This document shows, piece by piece, positions 13,560 through 27,562 of a stretch of 64,000 nt of DNA. The position numbers and the translations under genes were made by a program. Origin of the DNA: the human T2T-CHM13v2.0 reference genome, Homo sapiens; assembly GCF_009914755.1 (NCBI RefSeq), contig NC_060928.1; one strand, given 5' to 3'. A model generated the notes under the pieces. The model did no database searches and was not told the origin of the DNA. It saw nothing but the letters and a program-made list of their open reading frames with translations. The first letter of the stretch is position 1. Each line of letters begins with the position of its first letter.

Positions 13560-14130
13560 AGTTTTTCTTTAAATTGAGACATAATTTTCTGTTGTCCAAT
13601 TAGAAAATATTTTAAAAATTAAGAAAATCCATTCGTAGGAAGAGCAAAGAAAATGGGCATGGTCATATTCTTCTCGAGCAGTGGGCAGTAGCATAATCCT
13701 TTAGATAGTAATTGGGCATTAATGTAGTAATCATTCCAAAATTGTGCATATTTTTTGACCTAATAATTACATAAGTAGAAAAATTTAAGGAAGTAACTCT
13801 AAATTCAGAAAATGCTTTAAAGAAAAGTGTTCATGAAAATATTATTTATATAGAAAAGAATCAAAGCCTAATTCTCCATCAGAAAGGAAATAATTACTTG
13901 TGATACAGCCGCATGATTGAATAACGTGGACGCATTAAAATGCCTACAATAATCTGGAAAAATATTTAAAATTAAATTACATAAAAAATACAGTATAAAA
14001 CTCTATTCAACAATGTTAATAATACTTTCTTTGAAAATTGAATTATGGATTTTTTTCTCTTTTCTAATTTTATGTATTTAATATCTTTTAACTACTATAT
14101 ATTTGTCTTATAGTTTAAGAAAAATAAATT
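13560..14130 (+). mobile_element. Old L1M (L1ME-like) 3' relic
   Basis: Degenerate L1 ORF2-end and 3' UTR phrases (tgtgcatattttttgacctaataattac; gttcatgaaaatattatttata). Confidence 0.45.
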
Positions 14131-14329
14131 ACTGAGTTCATTGCAGGAATCCTTTTGGAGATTATGCTCTGAATTACTTTGTAGCCCAAGAGGTTATATC
14201 ATGTGAACTCAAGATAGCAAAGTATGGTTTTAAGAGCTCTCAGATGTAAGGGGGCCCATTAAAGATTCTTTGTCTAACCCAGTCAAAGGCAGAGGGGAGG
14301 TAATCTGTGGAACTCCTGGTCATGTGCAG

Positions 14330-14740
14330 AGATCTGTGTGTCTGAAGAAATCAGTATGACTACAGCTTAAACAAAAACAGATGGAATATCCGCAGATGAA
14401 CTGAATATATAGACAAGGAACAGATCAAACTTGCCCATGTTCCTCCTCAGGGAAATGGAAAGATTTCCAAAAAGTTTGTAAAGAAAAATGACAAGATCCG
14501 ATTTACATTCTACAGAGATCATTGTGATTGTTTAAAGGACAGTGGATTGAATCTAGGAGACCAGTTGAGGAGCTATGGCTATAGCAGATGGACGCAGTAA
14601 TGGGGCCTGAATTATGATGGGGAGTGGCAGTGGAGATGGAGGGAGGTAGAGATATTTGAAACATATTGTGAAGATAAAATTAGCAAGACTTTGTGATGGA
14701 TTGACGGTGGGAAATAAATGAAAGTGAGACATCAAGAAAT
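14330..14740 (-). mobile_element. L2 LINE fragment
   Basis: ggagaccagttgaggagctat...ggcagtggagatggagggag...caagactttgtgatggattg is typical antisense L2. Confidence 0.7.
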
Positions 14741-14744
14741 TTAC

Positions 14745-15265
14745 TTTGATTTATAGTTAAGAATTTTGTGTTTTTTTTTAAATCACAAGTGAGTGCTGAA
14801 TTTGATTAAATACTGTTTTAGCATCTATAATTATGATTATATGATGTTCTTATTTCTGTTAGTGTGACATGTCGTATTTATTGATATTTAAATGTTAAAC
14901 CACTTTCGTATTTTCAATATAAATTTCACTAGGTTGTAATGTAATTATCTTTTTATATATCACTATTAAATTATTCATTTATGTTTTGCTTAAGAATTTT
15001 TTATCTATGTTTAAGAGAGATACTGGGCTATAATTTTCTTTACTTATCATGTTTTTCTTAAGGTTGGGTATCAACTGGTGTTTGCCTCATAACAGTAGTT
15101 TGGAAGAATTTTTTTCTTTTTCTATTCTTTGGGAGAGTTTCTATAAGGCTGAGGTTATTTCTTTCCTAAATATTCGGAAAAATTCACAGTTGATCCATTT
15201 ATATCTGGAGTTTTCTTGGTGAGAATGTTTTTTAGTAAAAGACTCAATTTTTCAATAGATAATCA
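14745..15265 (-). mobile_element. Old L1M ORF2 (RT-region) fragment
   Basis: T-rich antisense L1: ttttatctatgtttaagagagatactgggctataattttc...ttttctattctttgggagagttt. Confidence 0.8.
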
Positions 15266-15316
15266 CATCTTGTATGTATTTGTTTCAATTGTGACATCTC
15301 AGGATGTCTGTTAGCT

Positions 15317-15926
15317 TCAGTTGTAATGAGACTTTTACAGAATCCTCTTCTTGTGACCTCATACCCTTGTTACACCTTGGGTATTCACTGCAGTCTCTTG
15401 GTCCACGGCTTTCAGCTGCTTATCAAGTGCTTTCTGTTTCAGCATCTCCCGATCAGTGTTATGACGCATGGCTGGGTTATATATTATAATTTTCAGGGCC
15501 ATTATAAAAACTAACCATACCATTCTTTTGCTTAATACTTGCAAAAATTTTGCCATCTTCTATCTTGCTTTGACATATTTTTCTGCCTTTTAAGGTCTAG
15601 CTATCTGCACAGGTTTTGCCATACCTTGTAAGAATAGAGCTAAAAAGTCTTTGTAAGCCACTGAGTGTTGTTCTTATAAAGAGATAACAAGCGTTGCTTC
15701 ACCAGCCTTTTTTTGTTATCATAAGTAATAATTTCACTGTGCTTGTTTACCAGGTTCAGATTTTGGAGTTCTGAGAGATTACTGGTTGAATAGACTTGGG
15801 CTAACTCATAATATGCATTGCTAAGGAGCTTAATGAATATACCAGTAATTTGAGATCTATATTTGGTAGCTATTGTACTCTGACAAGTAATAGCAAAAAA
15901 ACTATCATCAACTTTTTACATGATTC
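15317..15926 (-). pseudogene. COPS3: COPS3 pseudogene segment 3 (ESYKK... to stop; PCI-domain and C-terminal region)
   Basis: gaatcatgtaaaaag...gagttagcccaagtctattcaacc...aagcacagtgaa...aacccagccatgcgtcataac...; stop-equivalent TGA at 15319-15317; several frameshifts. Confidence 0.92.
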
Positions 15927-16491
15927 TGAAGTCACCCTCACAGAGTTATCAAGAATTATCGACAGAAATGTAGTTATAATTAAGCATTTATCAGGCTGCC
16001 CTTTGACCCATTTCCTTGAAACCGAAACTCCCGTTGCACTGGGTACGGACCACTTGCATCCCCACTGTTCCTACAGGTAGGATTTCTGACCTTAGAATCA
16101 TAGAGCTTTTGCTTAAGACAGGATCTCTGATATTGGAATCATAAAGCTTTTGCTTGAGTTGCTTAAGCAGATCCTGACTTCCAGCAGGACAATAGAGGTT
16201 AACCAGCTTCAAGGCCCCACCGAAGACCTGAGTGAGCATGAGAAGATGGTTTCTTCATCTCCCAGCCCCATGACTTTGCCCTGGGCAATTCAGCCAGTCA
16301 GTGATCTCCACACTGCAGCCCATGCCAAAACCCTTAAAATTCCCAGCACCAAACTACTCAGGGAGACAAATTTTGAGGTTTCCTCCCATCTCCTCATTTG
16401 GCAGCCCTACAATTAAACTTCTTTCTCTGCTGCAACTGGGTATATCTATGTATTGACTTGCCACACTCATGGGGCAAAACTTATGATTTCA
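15927..16491 (+). mobile_element. ERV1 (MER4-group; MER39/LTR29-like) solo LTR inserted in the COPS3 pseudogene
   Basis: TG...CA termini, attaaa poly-A signal near 16412, imperfect 4-bp TSD attc/atcc; COPS3 homology resumes on both sides. Confidence 0.8.
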
Positions 16492-16619
16492 ATCCAACAT
16501 GATACGACGACCTGACATGGCAAGAGTGGGTTCAGCTTGTTCAGAAGGTAAAGTGCTCTTCAGCCAGTGCAGGTCATCCCTCCATGAGAGGAGTAACATA
16601 AACATTGCTTTGCATTGTC
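16492..16619 (-). pseudogene. COPS3: COPS3 pseudogene segment 2 (YDAKHFLCYYYYGGM...HIML equivalent)
   Basis: Minus strand gacaatgcaaagcaatgtttatgttac...ggagggatg...gaacaagct...gccatg...atcatgttgga. Confidence 0.85.
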
Positions 16620-17443
<824 letters not shown>

Positions 17444-17930
17444 GCTCCATTCTCTTTAGAGATATCCATCATAGCCATGTCAAGAGCTGGAAGGGCAGGC
17501 TTAAAGCATGTTGCCTGCAAACAAAGCTGGCAGAAATCAGCATGTATTCAGGTCAGCTGGTTTGTATTCATCCGCAGCTTGTTATAGCTCCTTTAAGGAT
17601 GCCAATTCCTCTCAGGGGCTGTTTTCTTTCCACAAATGCATTAGTTAACTGATGGCAAAGCCCATCACAAGTACTGATGAAAAGTGAAACCTGTGAGAAT
17701 AGTGTTTCCACGTCAGGAACAGTAGGCATAGAAGACCTCACAAACAAAACAGCAAGAAGCCTCAAAAGGTGTTCCTGTACATCAGGAGCCCCAAGCACAA
17801 TACCCAGATGATATAAGTTCTTTGCAAGGAATTCTCTACTCCAGTCAATCAGTTCACAAAGCTGAGTCATTTGCCCTTGAGTTGAGAGCTGTGGTTCACT
17901 GGTCACATATTGCTTTGGGGCAGTCATCAT
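17444..17930 (-). pseudogene. COPS3: COPS3 pseudogene segment 1 (start codon to ...KENGA)
   Basis: ATG at 17930 aligns to Met1; in-frame 36-nt deletion; 1-nt frameshift near 17582; TCA>TGA stop in NQLT*. Confidence 0.93.
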
Positions 17931-18059
17931 TCCCAGATACAACCCAAGCGGTAGAGGCAGCTCAGGCAGGACTAGGTGGCCACTCTGGGAGGAAGGACTG
18001 CAGCAATTTAGCAAAGGGATTCAAACATTTTTGAAGAGTGGATAAGCTGATTTGCAAGG

Positions 18060-19400
18060 GAACCGAGGCAATAATCAAGATTGTGTGGCACTGGCAAAAA
18101 GATAAACCTGTAGATCAGTTGAATAGAATTACAGTTCATTGACTTTGACAACAGTGCCCAAAATCAATCAATGGGGAAAAAATAGTGTTCACCAAATGGT
18201 TCTGGAAAAACTGAATAGACACATGCAAAAGAATAAATTTGGACCCCCTTGCTCATACTGTTTGTAAAGATTAACTCAAAATATACCATAGCCCTAAATA
18301 TGAGAGCACCCCAAAAGCACAGGCAACAACAGCAACATATATAAATTGGACTACATTAAAATTTAAAAATTTAAAAAATTTAAAAATTTCTTGATACCAT
18401 CAAGAAAATGAAAAGACAATCCAGAGAATGGGAAAAAAAGTATTCGAAAACTCATATATCTGACAATGAACTTGTATTTACCCACACTATGTAAAGAACT
18501 CTTACAGCTCTATAATAAAAAGACAAATAATCCAATTAAAAAATGAGTGTAGAACCTGAACAGACATTTCGACAAAGTAGATACACAAATGGCCAATAAA
18601 CACATAAAAAGATGTTCAACATCATTAGTCATTAGAAAAACGCAACTCAGAAACACAATGAAATACCAATCCACCCTCACTAGAGAGATTATAATCAAAG
18701 AAACAGACAACAACGTGTGTTAACAAGGACGTGGAGAAACTCGACTTCCCATTCCTTGCTGAGAATATAAAATAGTCCACCTGCTTTGGAAACATTTTGG
18801 CAGTTCCTCAAAATGTTAAACCCAGAGTTACCATATGACCTAGCATTTCAATCCCAGGTATATACCCAAGAGAAATGAATACATATGTCCATACAGAAGT
18901 TTGTACATGAATGTTCATAGCAGTGTTATCCAAAATAGCAAAAAGTGGAAACAGCACAAATGTCCTTAAACTGATGAGTGGATAAATAAATATGGTCTGC
19001 TCATATGATGGATTATTATTCGAATCAAATAAATGAAAATAAAAGGAATAAAAATACTGATACATGTTACAACAGGGATGGACCTTGAAAACATTACACT
19101 AAGTGAAAGAAGCCAGTCACAAAAGCCACATATTTATATAAAGTATTCAGAATAGGCAAGTTTATAAAGACAGAAAGCATATTAACCCTAATATCTAGGG
19201 CTGAAGACTGTAGGGAAGAAGGATTATGAGGTGAATGTTAATGATGATAGGATTTATTTTTGAGTTAATGAAAGTTTTCCAAACTTGGATTGTGGTCATG
19301 CCATACAACTCTATGAATATACTAAAAACCATTGGATTGTAAACTTCAAGTGTCGATTTTATGGTATGTCAATTATGTGCTTATAAAACTGCTAAAAACG
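18060..19400 (+). mobile_element. L1M (L1MB-like) 3' portion: ORF2 end plus 3' UTR
   Basis: aatcaagattgtgtggcactggc...caaatggccaataaacacataaaaagatgttcaacatcattagtcatt...aagtgaaagaagccagtcacaaaag...ataaaactgctaaaaa. Confidence 0.92.
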
Positions 19401-20254
19401 GTACTCAGAAAATGCAATAAAAATTACCTTGAAGTTTGAAAATACAATGATTTAAATTTATTTAAATTATATCAGATTATAATACTTAAATTTTATGTAG
19501 TAATACTTATGTTTATTTTAAAGTTATCACCACTTATTTAAATATACAATCATGAGCCTGGCAGTTGGTTACCAACCCAATTTCTGTGCTTTGACCAACA
19601 TCATTGAATTTGGAAGGCAATGTAATAAAAGGTCATGAGGGCCTTCCACATTTTTCTACCAGAAATCATGGTGAACCTAGTTAAAGATGGTCTCTTATAC
19701 AGTTGACAGGAAATCCTGATCTACCTGGAAAAATCTCTCACTGATATTACAAGAGCATGTCCCTTCAAAAGTAGTAATTCATTGCTAGAGAAGGGTAACC
19801 TACCGTTTTCATAGCACACTTTTTTGAGAAGTCCTTGATAAGACTCATTTCTATATGTGAGTCAAAATTTTTCCCTATAAGTTCACACTCTCAATTATTT
19901 AGTGCCCACAGTATAGGGATAATGATACAGAGCTCAATAGTAAAAATGTATATGGTGTCTCTCCTCCTGTGGCTATAGGCCTGACAGTGAAGAATGGAAA
20001 ATTCAGATAATTAAGAATCTTCACAATGTGTGATAACATTTAAAGCCCCAAAGAATATGAAACTAGATAGAGAATAAATCTGTTGATAATTTCTAGTTTT
20101 AAGTAGCTATGGGTGGCACAAACTCTGTATAATTGCATATAATCCTCAAGAAAAGCCTGTACAGATACAAATGAAAAGACATAAACTCAGAGAGGCAAAG
20201 CATGTAGTCTACGGCTACACAATTAATAAGCATATATAGACTGTAAATAAAAAT

Positions 20255-20480
20255 TCAAAAAATATCACCCGCTTATGTCAAACACAGTAACAAATGTTGA
20301 CAAGAATGGGTAGAAATTGGAATTCTCATTCCTTGTTGAGAATATAAAATGGTGCCTCCACTTTGGAAACATGTTGGCAGTTCCTCAAAATGTTAGACAT
20401 AGAATCGCCATGTGACCCAGCATTTCAATCCCAGATACACACCCTAAAGACATGAGAACATAAGCCCATACAAAAATTAT
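20255..20480 (+). mobile_element. L1M fragment, probable local duplicate of ~18690-18900
   Basis: Shares cattccttg(c/t)tgagaatataaaat, ttggcagttcctcaaaatgtta and gcatttcaatcccag with the upstream L1. Confidence 0.8.
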
Positions 20481-22436
20481 AAATAAATATATACATAGGG
20501 GTGCATATATGTACACATATTTAACCAGTAGTAGAGTTTCAAAATAAGAGCATTAATTAATGTTTCATGCCAGTTTACAAAGTTTATTCAGCAAGGCTCA
20601 GAGATGGTCAGTGGCTTGCTACGAGTTAACTAGCTAGTTCAATTAGAACCAAGACTAGACTCCAGTGTCAGACTTTTGGTGAAAAAGTACTTAGAAATGT
20701 ATCAAGGGATTCCTGTGATATAATTCCTTACCTTTGATGAATACTGAGATTTCTGTTCTAGGTCAAGGAGCTGACATCTTTTGTTAACTTTTTTTTTTTC
20801 TCTTCTTGGTCCTGTTTCACTTTAGGAGTTTGAATTGTAAATTCCATTATAAATATTCACTGTAATTTTTCCATCTTTTACAATTTTCCCCCTTTCTATC
20901 CAGAAGCTGATTATTAAGAGCTAAATGTGCCTATTCAAATGAACTAGGAAGCTAAATAATTGTACAGTGGAATCCGAGCCCCAGTTCTTTTGGGAAGGTG
21001 ATAATAGTCTAACCTGACCAACCAACTTTTAAAAAAATCCACTGAGCCAATACTATTCAACTGTACTTCATTTAAGTAATGTAGATTTGGAACCAGTCAA
21101 AACTGCCTACTTTACAAAAACACTTCTTCTTAACTTACTACTTCCAAATTACAAAAAGAGCACCTTTCAGAATATGTCTTCAGTAATGAGTTCTGCCAAT
21201 TTAAAAGTAAGAAAGTCTAGCAGAATGTGTGAATGCCAAAAGAAGAATAATAGATGAAATTCAAGAAATCTTTAGGACTTACGGTCTTTAGATTCAGTAT
21301 TTTTCATATTCTTGGTACATTAGCTCATGTCTTTCTCTTTCTTGTTTCTAAACTCCCAAGCAACATAATGATGTACTGTTAACCAATTTGGTGATATTTT
21401 TACAATCGTTAGAGTACTACAGGCTATATTATGTAAAATATTTCTTTGTGCCCTGTTACTTCGGCCTGCTTTAGTTTTACTTCTTTTCCTTTATTTTTAA
21501 TGACTTTAGTGTTTAACTCTCTCAAAAGAAACATGGTGCTAGTGACTACTGTCAATTTCAGGCCGTTACCTTCCTGGGCACAATAACTGGCCAGAAATGG
21601 GCCCAAACTAGACCCATTTAAAGTCCCTTTTTACTTTTGAGACTTTTCTAAATGGAGCTGGCAGAACAGTTTGTTTGGACTATGATTCTACTGAAGCATG
21701 ACTCTAGCTGTGTCTCTCCTTCAAATGTCATAGTTACGACAGTGAGGACCCTCTGGCTCCTCCTCTCCATTTCTGGATGGTTTTCCCATTCTCCTCCATA
21801 AAACCATCTGGTTTGGAATCACATATTGTCAGACCACCTGCTACCACTTTGAGTTGTAGGCATCTACTGGCCATTGGCTCACTCTTCTCCTTTCCAGATT
21901 TTAGTTCTTGGCTTAATGACTTGCTTTCTAACACTATACATTCATTGTTCTTGGTGATTTCAATATCCACATAGATAATCTTCCTAAAACAGACCACTTG
22001 GTTCTCTGACTTCCTCTCAAGTACACTTGTTCTCCCCAATTTAGCATCTCCCTTCCATCCTTATAGCCTAGACAGTCATTACTTATAAGAACAAACCCTT
22101 CATGATGGAAATTTCAAGCATTGCATCCTACCATTTATTGTTCTAAAATGCTCACTCTAAAACACAATCCTCCCACCTCCTCAAAACAAAGAACTCACCT
22201 TTTCACGATCTAATCCCCTCTTCTAACTGTTCTCATTACCCAGCTGAAATTACGTGATCAATATTTTATAATCAGTCTCTCAACCACACTTTCAACTCCT
22301 TTCTTCTTTTTCATGCTACTGCACTAGCAAAACCCAAACAGATCTTATCTATCTTTCTGCTCGCCCCACCCTAGCATAGGTACAGGTAAACAATCTGGAC
22401 CCATTGGACCCCCCAAGACCAAATGGGTCCACATTA

Positions 22437-22781
<345 letters not shown>

Positions 22782-22952
22782 TTAAAGTGCATGACCATTA
22801 ACCTCAAGTTGGCCCTGAATGCAGCCAGGCAATCAGCTGAGCTTCCCTTGCCCTTTTATTCTTCTCCCCTCAAACCTACAATACATCCTCATTCTGTTCA
22901 CTGTTATCTGATGACTTTGCATTCTATTTCTCTGAAAAATATGGAAACAAGG

Positions 22953-23352
22953 TGCATTAATCAGGGTTCTCCAGAGAATCAGAATCAAATATATGTGTAT
23001 GTGGAAGGATGGATAGATAGATAGATAGATAGATAATAGAAACAGACAGAATTAAGGCAAGAGTTGATACTGCAGTCTCAAATCCAAAATGTGCAGGTTG
23101 GAACTCAGGCAAGGTTTCTGTGTTGCCGTCTTAGAGCACTATTGCTTCTCCTTTGGGAAACCTCATTTTTGCTCTTAGGGCCTTCAACTAATTGGATGAG
23201 GCTCACCCACATTACAAAGAGGAATCTGCCTTACTCAGTCTATTGATTTAAATGTTAATCACATCTAAAAAAATCACAGCAACCCCTAGTGTTTTACCAA
23301 ACAGCCAGGCAGTGTAGCCTAGCCAAGCTGATGTGCAAAATTAACCATCATA
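22953..23352 (-). mobile_element. MLT2 (ERVL) solo LTR with (GATA)n at ~23010-23040
   Basis: tgcattaatcagggttctccagagaa...gcctagccaagctgatgtgcaaaattaaccatca; TSD caagg/caatg. Confidence 0.85.
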
Positions 23353-23448
23353 CAATGAGAAGAAGGATTTCTCAAGTTCCCACCATCACTTCTACTCCCA
23401 CGGACGACAGTGCCCAAATCCTCTCTCTTTCCTTATGTTGCTGTGCGT

Positions 23449-23650
23449 CAGGCTTCTCAGCCTCAGCACTATCTGTGTTGGGAGGATCCTTCTCATTGTG
23501 GGGAAGCTGTACTCTGCCTTGCAGGAAGTTTAGTAGCCTGTCTGGCCTCTATCCACTAGATTTCAGTAGCACCCCCACTTGTGACAACTAAAATATGTCT
23601 CCAGACATTGCCAAATGTTCTAACAAACTTCCCCCAGTTTTAAATAAACT
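23449..23650. mobile_element. MER20 hAT-Charlie MITE
   Basis: ttctcagcctcagcacta...gcaggaagtttagtagc...gtgacaactaaaatatgtctccagacattgccaaatgt. Confidence 0.85.
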
Positions 23651-24284
23651 CTCTGTGCTCCTAGAGTCAGGCCCTCAAGTTGAGCATGAGATTCCACCTT
23701 CTCTCAGGTTGTTGCTCCAGCAATTCTCTTCTCACTTCATGCTATCCCCAATTTCATCAGTTTTCCCCTCTTTGTTGGATCATTCCCACTATATACAAAT
23801 ATGCTTTGTTCTTTCCCCAAAATATCTCATAGCCCACTTTACTTTTTATCTATCCCGTAATTTCTTTTGTTCTGTTTGTAGTAAAATTCCTTGCAAATGT
23901 TTGTACTTATTACCAATTATGTTGTTCTTTCTCAAATTCACTTCAGAGTTTTCCCTTGCTACTCCAACAAAGCAGCTCTCATCAATGTCACCAATGACCC
24001 TCACGTTGCTAAATCCAATAGTTCTTCTCTCACTTGTCTTATGTGCAATATTTGACAGTCGATCACTTTCTCCCCCTTGACATAATGATAAAATGAGATC
24101 TTCCTCACTGTCTTGACCACATAAATTTTGAGTTCCAAGATAATCAGACCTTGAACCTCTTGTCTATCACACTCACTCATTTGATAATCTTATCTAGTCC
24201 CTTAGCATTTAATGTCACTTACATGCTGATGAAACCTCAATTTATATCTTCAGCCCAAGCTGCTCCCATGAACTCCAGACTCAT

Positions 24285-24722
24285 ACGCCCTTGCCCTTAG
24301 TTGTGGGACTTTGCAGTTCCTTCGTCTGGTGACAGCCCCTTGATTTGGGGTTTGATCACATGACTTTCGTTAGCTGATGAGATGTGATGGGAAGTCGCAG
24401 GGTGCCAGTTCTAAGCCTAGGCCTTAAGAAAAATTGACGCTCCTGTCTTCCAAATTCCCATAGTGGTTTTACATTCCATGAAGACATTCTCCAGTTATCC
24501 TGCTTGTCCAAAGATGGTAAAAGAGACATTGGAGTAACTAGGACCTAACCAGCAGCTTAGAGTTATGAACTGTGAGCTCAGCCGCACTCAGCCGAAACCA
24601 AGCAGCTCAGTCAAGAGCGAATCATGGCTTTTCTCTGCAGTCACTCAGTTTTGGAATCAGTTTTTGGGATGCCGGAATGCTGTGTTACGTGGCATTATTA
24701 TGGCAATTGTAAATGCACCACA
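24285..24722 (+). mobile_element. MLT1 (MaLR, MLT1F/G/H-like) LTR
   Basis: gtgccagttctaagcctaggccttaag and tgtgttacgtggcattattatggcaat MLT1 motifs. Confidence 0.7.
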
Positions 24723-24932
24723 ACTCCTAATTTTCCTCCTGCACCTGTTTTGCCCTCAATGATCCTCAATTCTGTGGATAATAATTCCAGCCTTCTAATT
24801 TCTCAGGCCAAAACATATTAGAGTTATTCCTGACATCACTCTTCTTCTCATAGCTCACATCCAAACCATTATACGATCTTACCTTTTGTACCTTTAAAAT
24901 ATTTCTACCATACTCCCATTTCTCGGATTCTC

Positions 24933-25348
24933 CGTGGAGACGAAAGTGACCCCACCTTGGATGCTAGTCTGCCACAGTCCTGTGAATGCCTCCTGATTCC
25001 TACTTTACTTACTCTCCCTTGTGTAAGAACATGCCAACCTTGATGATGTTATTGCACAAATTACAGGCTGTGACACACCTGGCATTCTTGCCTGTTCTGC
25101 AGGGCTGCACTTAGTTGTCCATACAGAGGACATACACCCTCTCTCTATGGTATACAAGCCCTGGGTCTGGGGTTTAACAGTGTGGAAATCTACCTGACCT
25201 GCTACTGCCCAAGACCATGCTGCTGTTCAGAAGTTTTCCAATAAATTGCCCTCTACCAACAAACCGAGTTTATCTGCCTCGTTCTTTGGCTTCTCTGTTC
25301 CTTCTGTGTTTGGTGGTCTTTTTGCATATATGGCCCTTTTATGGGACA
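24933..25348 (+). mobile_element. ERVL solo LTR (LTR47-like)
   Basis: gtggagacgaaagtgaccccaccttggatgctagtctgcca...ctatggtatacaagccctgggtctgggg...aataaa...ggaca. Confidence 0.75.
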
Positions 25349-25803
25349 TTCATTAACCCGATGCAAGCTATCACCATCTACAAACTGGAGTGTCACAATG
25401 GGTTGCCAAATGGATTCCCTGATTCTATTTGCCCCGTTCCCCATAGAGTTGTTTTTCAACACAGAAACAAATTGATCTTGCTGAGTAAAAATTATATCTA
25501 TCTCCTGCCCAAACCCTCCAGGATCTTTCTGCCTCGCTCAGAGTAAAAGCTAAGGCCCTAACCCAGGCACGCAAGGCCTCATTGGATCTGTGGCTCCCAA
25601 CATCCCTTATCTCTCCAATCTCATCTTCTGTCCTTATCTCACTCCCCTGCAGCCGCACCCGCCCTGCAGAAGACATGTGCAGAGCACATGCCTGGCCTGA
25701 GTTCTTCATGCTGACACTGCTCTCTACTCCAAATAGCTCTATAACCCGCACTCCCGCTGCTCTCATGTCCTCACCAGATGCTGCCTTCATGATGAAGCTC
25801 TCC

Positions 25804-26201
25804 GTGTGAGTCGGCTAGGGCTGCTGCCATCACAAAGTACCATGAAGCAGGTGGCTTAAGCTACAGAAATATCTGGTCTCATTGTTCTGGAGGCTAGAAG
25901 TCCGAAGTCAAGGTGTCATCGAGGTTGGCTCCCTGTGAGGCCTGTTCCAGGCCCCTCTCCTTGTCATGTGGATGGCTGTCTTCATGCTCTCTTGGGGTTT
26001 GTCCTGTATCTTCACATTGTCTTCCCTTTTGTGTCCAAATTTCCCCTATTTATAAGGACATCAGTCACACTGGATTAAGGCCCATCCTAAGGTCCTCATT
26101 TTAATTTCATTACCTCTGTCAAGATCTTTTCTCCATCCGAGGTGCTGTGAGTTGCGATTTCAACGTATAAATTTTGAGGAGAAACAATTCAAGCCCAAAC
26201 A
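25804..26201 (-). mobile_element. MLT1 (MLT1B/C-like) LTR
   Basis: ctagggctgctgccatcacaaagtacca...ttctggaggctagaagtcc...ataaggacatcagtcacactggattaaggccc...aattcaagcccaaaca. Confidence 0.85.
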
Positions 26202-26277
26202 CCTTCTCTAATCATCTATGTTAAACTACATCCTCATCTGCACCTTATGTCTAATCATCTATGTTAAACTACATCCT
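26200..26277. repeat. ~43-bp tandem duplication
   Basis: Exact 28-mer tctaatcatctatgttaaactacatcct at 26207 and 26250. Confidence 0.9.
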
Positions 26278-27544
26278 GTAAAATGAGCATGATTCCAAAA
26301 GGTCCTTTTCTCCTTTATACTCTTCTCTCACTATGAATGGAAACTGTCAGGTGTCTCCCAGAATTATGTAGATATCCTTGGTTTTAATTTATTTACTTGA
26401 CAGAGAGAACTTGTAGTTCAGACAATCCAAAAGAATACCAAGAAAGTAACATATAATAGCCTTAGAAATACCAAAAGGGAGTATTTATTGCTATAAATAC
26501 TAAAGGCTAACACTCTGCAAATCCCAGCACCTTCAATTCTGCCCCGTTTGTAGACAATAGACATAGAAGGGAAGCAGCTTATTAACTTAAAAGGGAGGAG
26601 GAGCTGTTAACATCACTACAAATAATATAATATTGTTAGGCAGAGTATAATAACAATAAATCTCTAGATAACTTTGTGGCCAATATTTGAATGATCTTTG
26701 TATTTAGAGATGACAGTTACTATACTGATACACAACTATCAGTGTGTGCTTACCTTTTATGCAAAGAATGAATAATATTTTGTAATATGAGCTTGAAACT
26801 ATCATCTTTTGATTTGTGGCTATAACATTCACTGAAGATCTTAGAGCAGGCGATTTAACTTCTTTTTTCACCTTTGGCCTAAAATATTATAATTCCATTT
26901 AAGAACTTTTGGTTTTTAAAGAAAGGCATGAAGCTTATAGCTCATATCTTCCTAACACTCCAAATAATTAATGAATAAACAGGTATAATGCACAAAGGTG
27001 TAGAACAAGCTTTGCAGTATGCAACCTTTTGCCAAGAAACTAGAAAAATGATATTTATATCTGTATATATAAACACTAAAGCATACAAAGAAACTCACAA
27101 ATGTGGTTATTTTCCATATATATATTTTATATGCTGTTTTGATTTTCAAACCATGTCAATACATTACCTATATAAAAAATACAAAACTTATTATTTTACC
27201 TTATCAGATATAAACAAAACATATAGACAAGAAAAAGAGGGCTTGCTTTCACCTCACTTCTCCTGAAGCAAATTAACATAAGAAATGAGAATCAAAGCTT
27301 GTTCCTGTGTATTTTCCAACTATTGTCTTCATTTTTATGAGAATAAGAGTATAAAAAGAGTGATGCTATTTTAGCCAGAGTACTATGTATTGTAAACTGA
27401 ATGTTTTTAGAAGAGCCCTTTTTGTATTCACTCAGAATGAGGACTTATTTTTGTCCCCAGCTGCTTTTGGAAGCATGTGCCTATAATCGGAGGGCTGCAG
27501 ATACCCAGGCGTCTGCCAGGAGTCCCCGGAACAAAGCCGCAGAA

Positions 27545-27562
27545 GCTGGTGCCCTCTGCTTG
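27545..27562 (-). promoter_or_regulatory. Candidate CTCF-like motif in a small CpG-retaining patch
   Basis: Minus strand CAAGCAGAGGGCACCAGC versus core consensus CCASYAGRKGGCRS; four CpGs at 27488-27540. Confidence 0.25.

Noticed and set aside
17568-18014. Functional COPS3 gene
   Set aside because: No introns, many substitutions in a highly conserved protein, frameshifts, a premature stop and LTR insertions within the CDS.
22396-22431. 10-bp inverted repeat tggacccatt/aatgggtcca
   Set aside because: Short enough to be chance; no other support.
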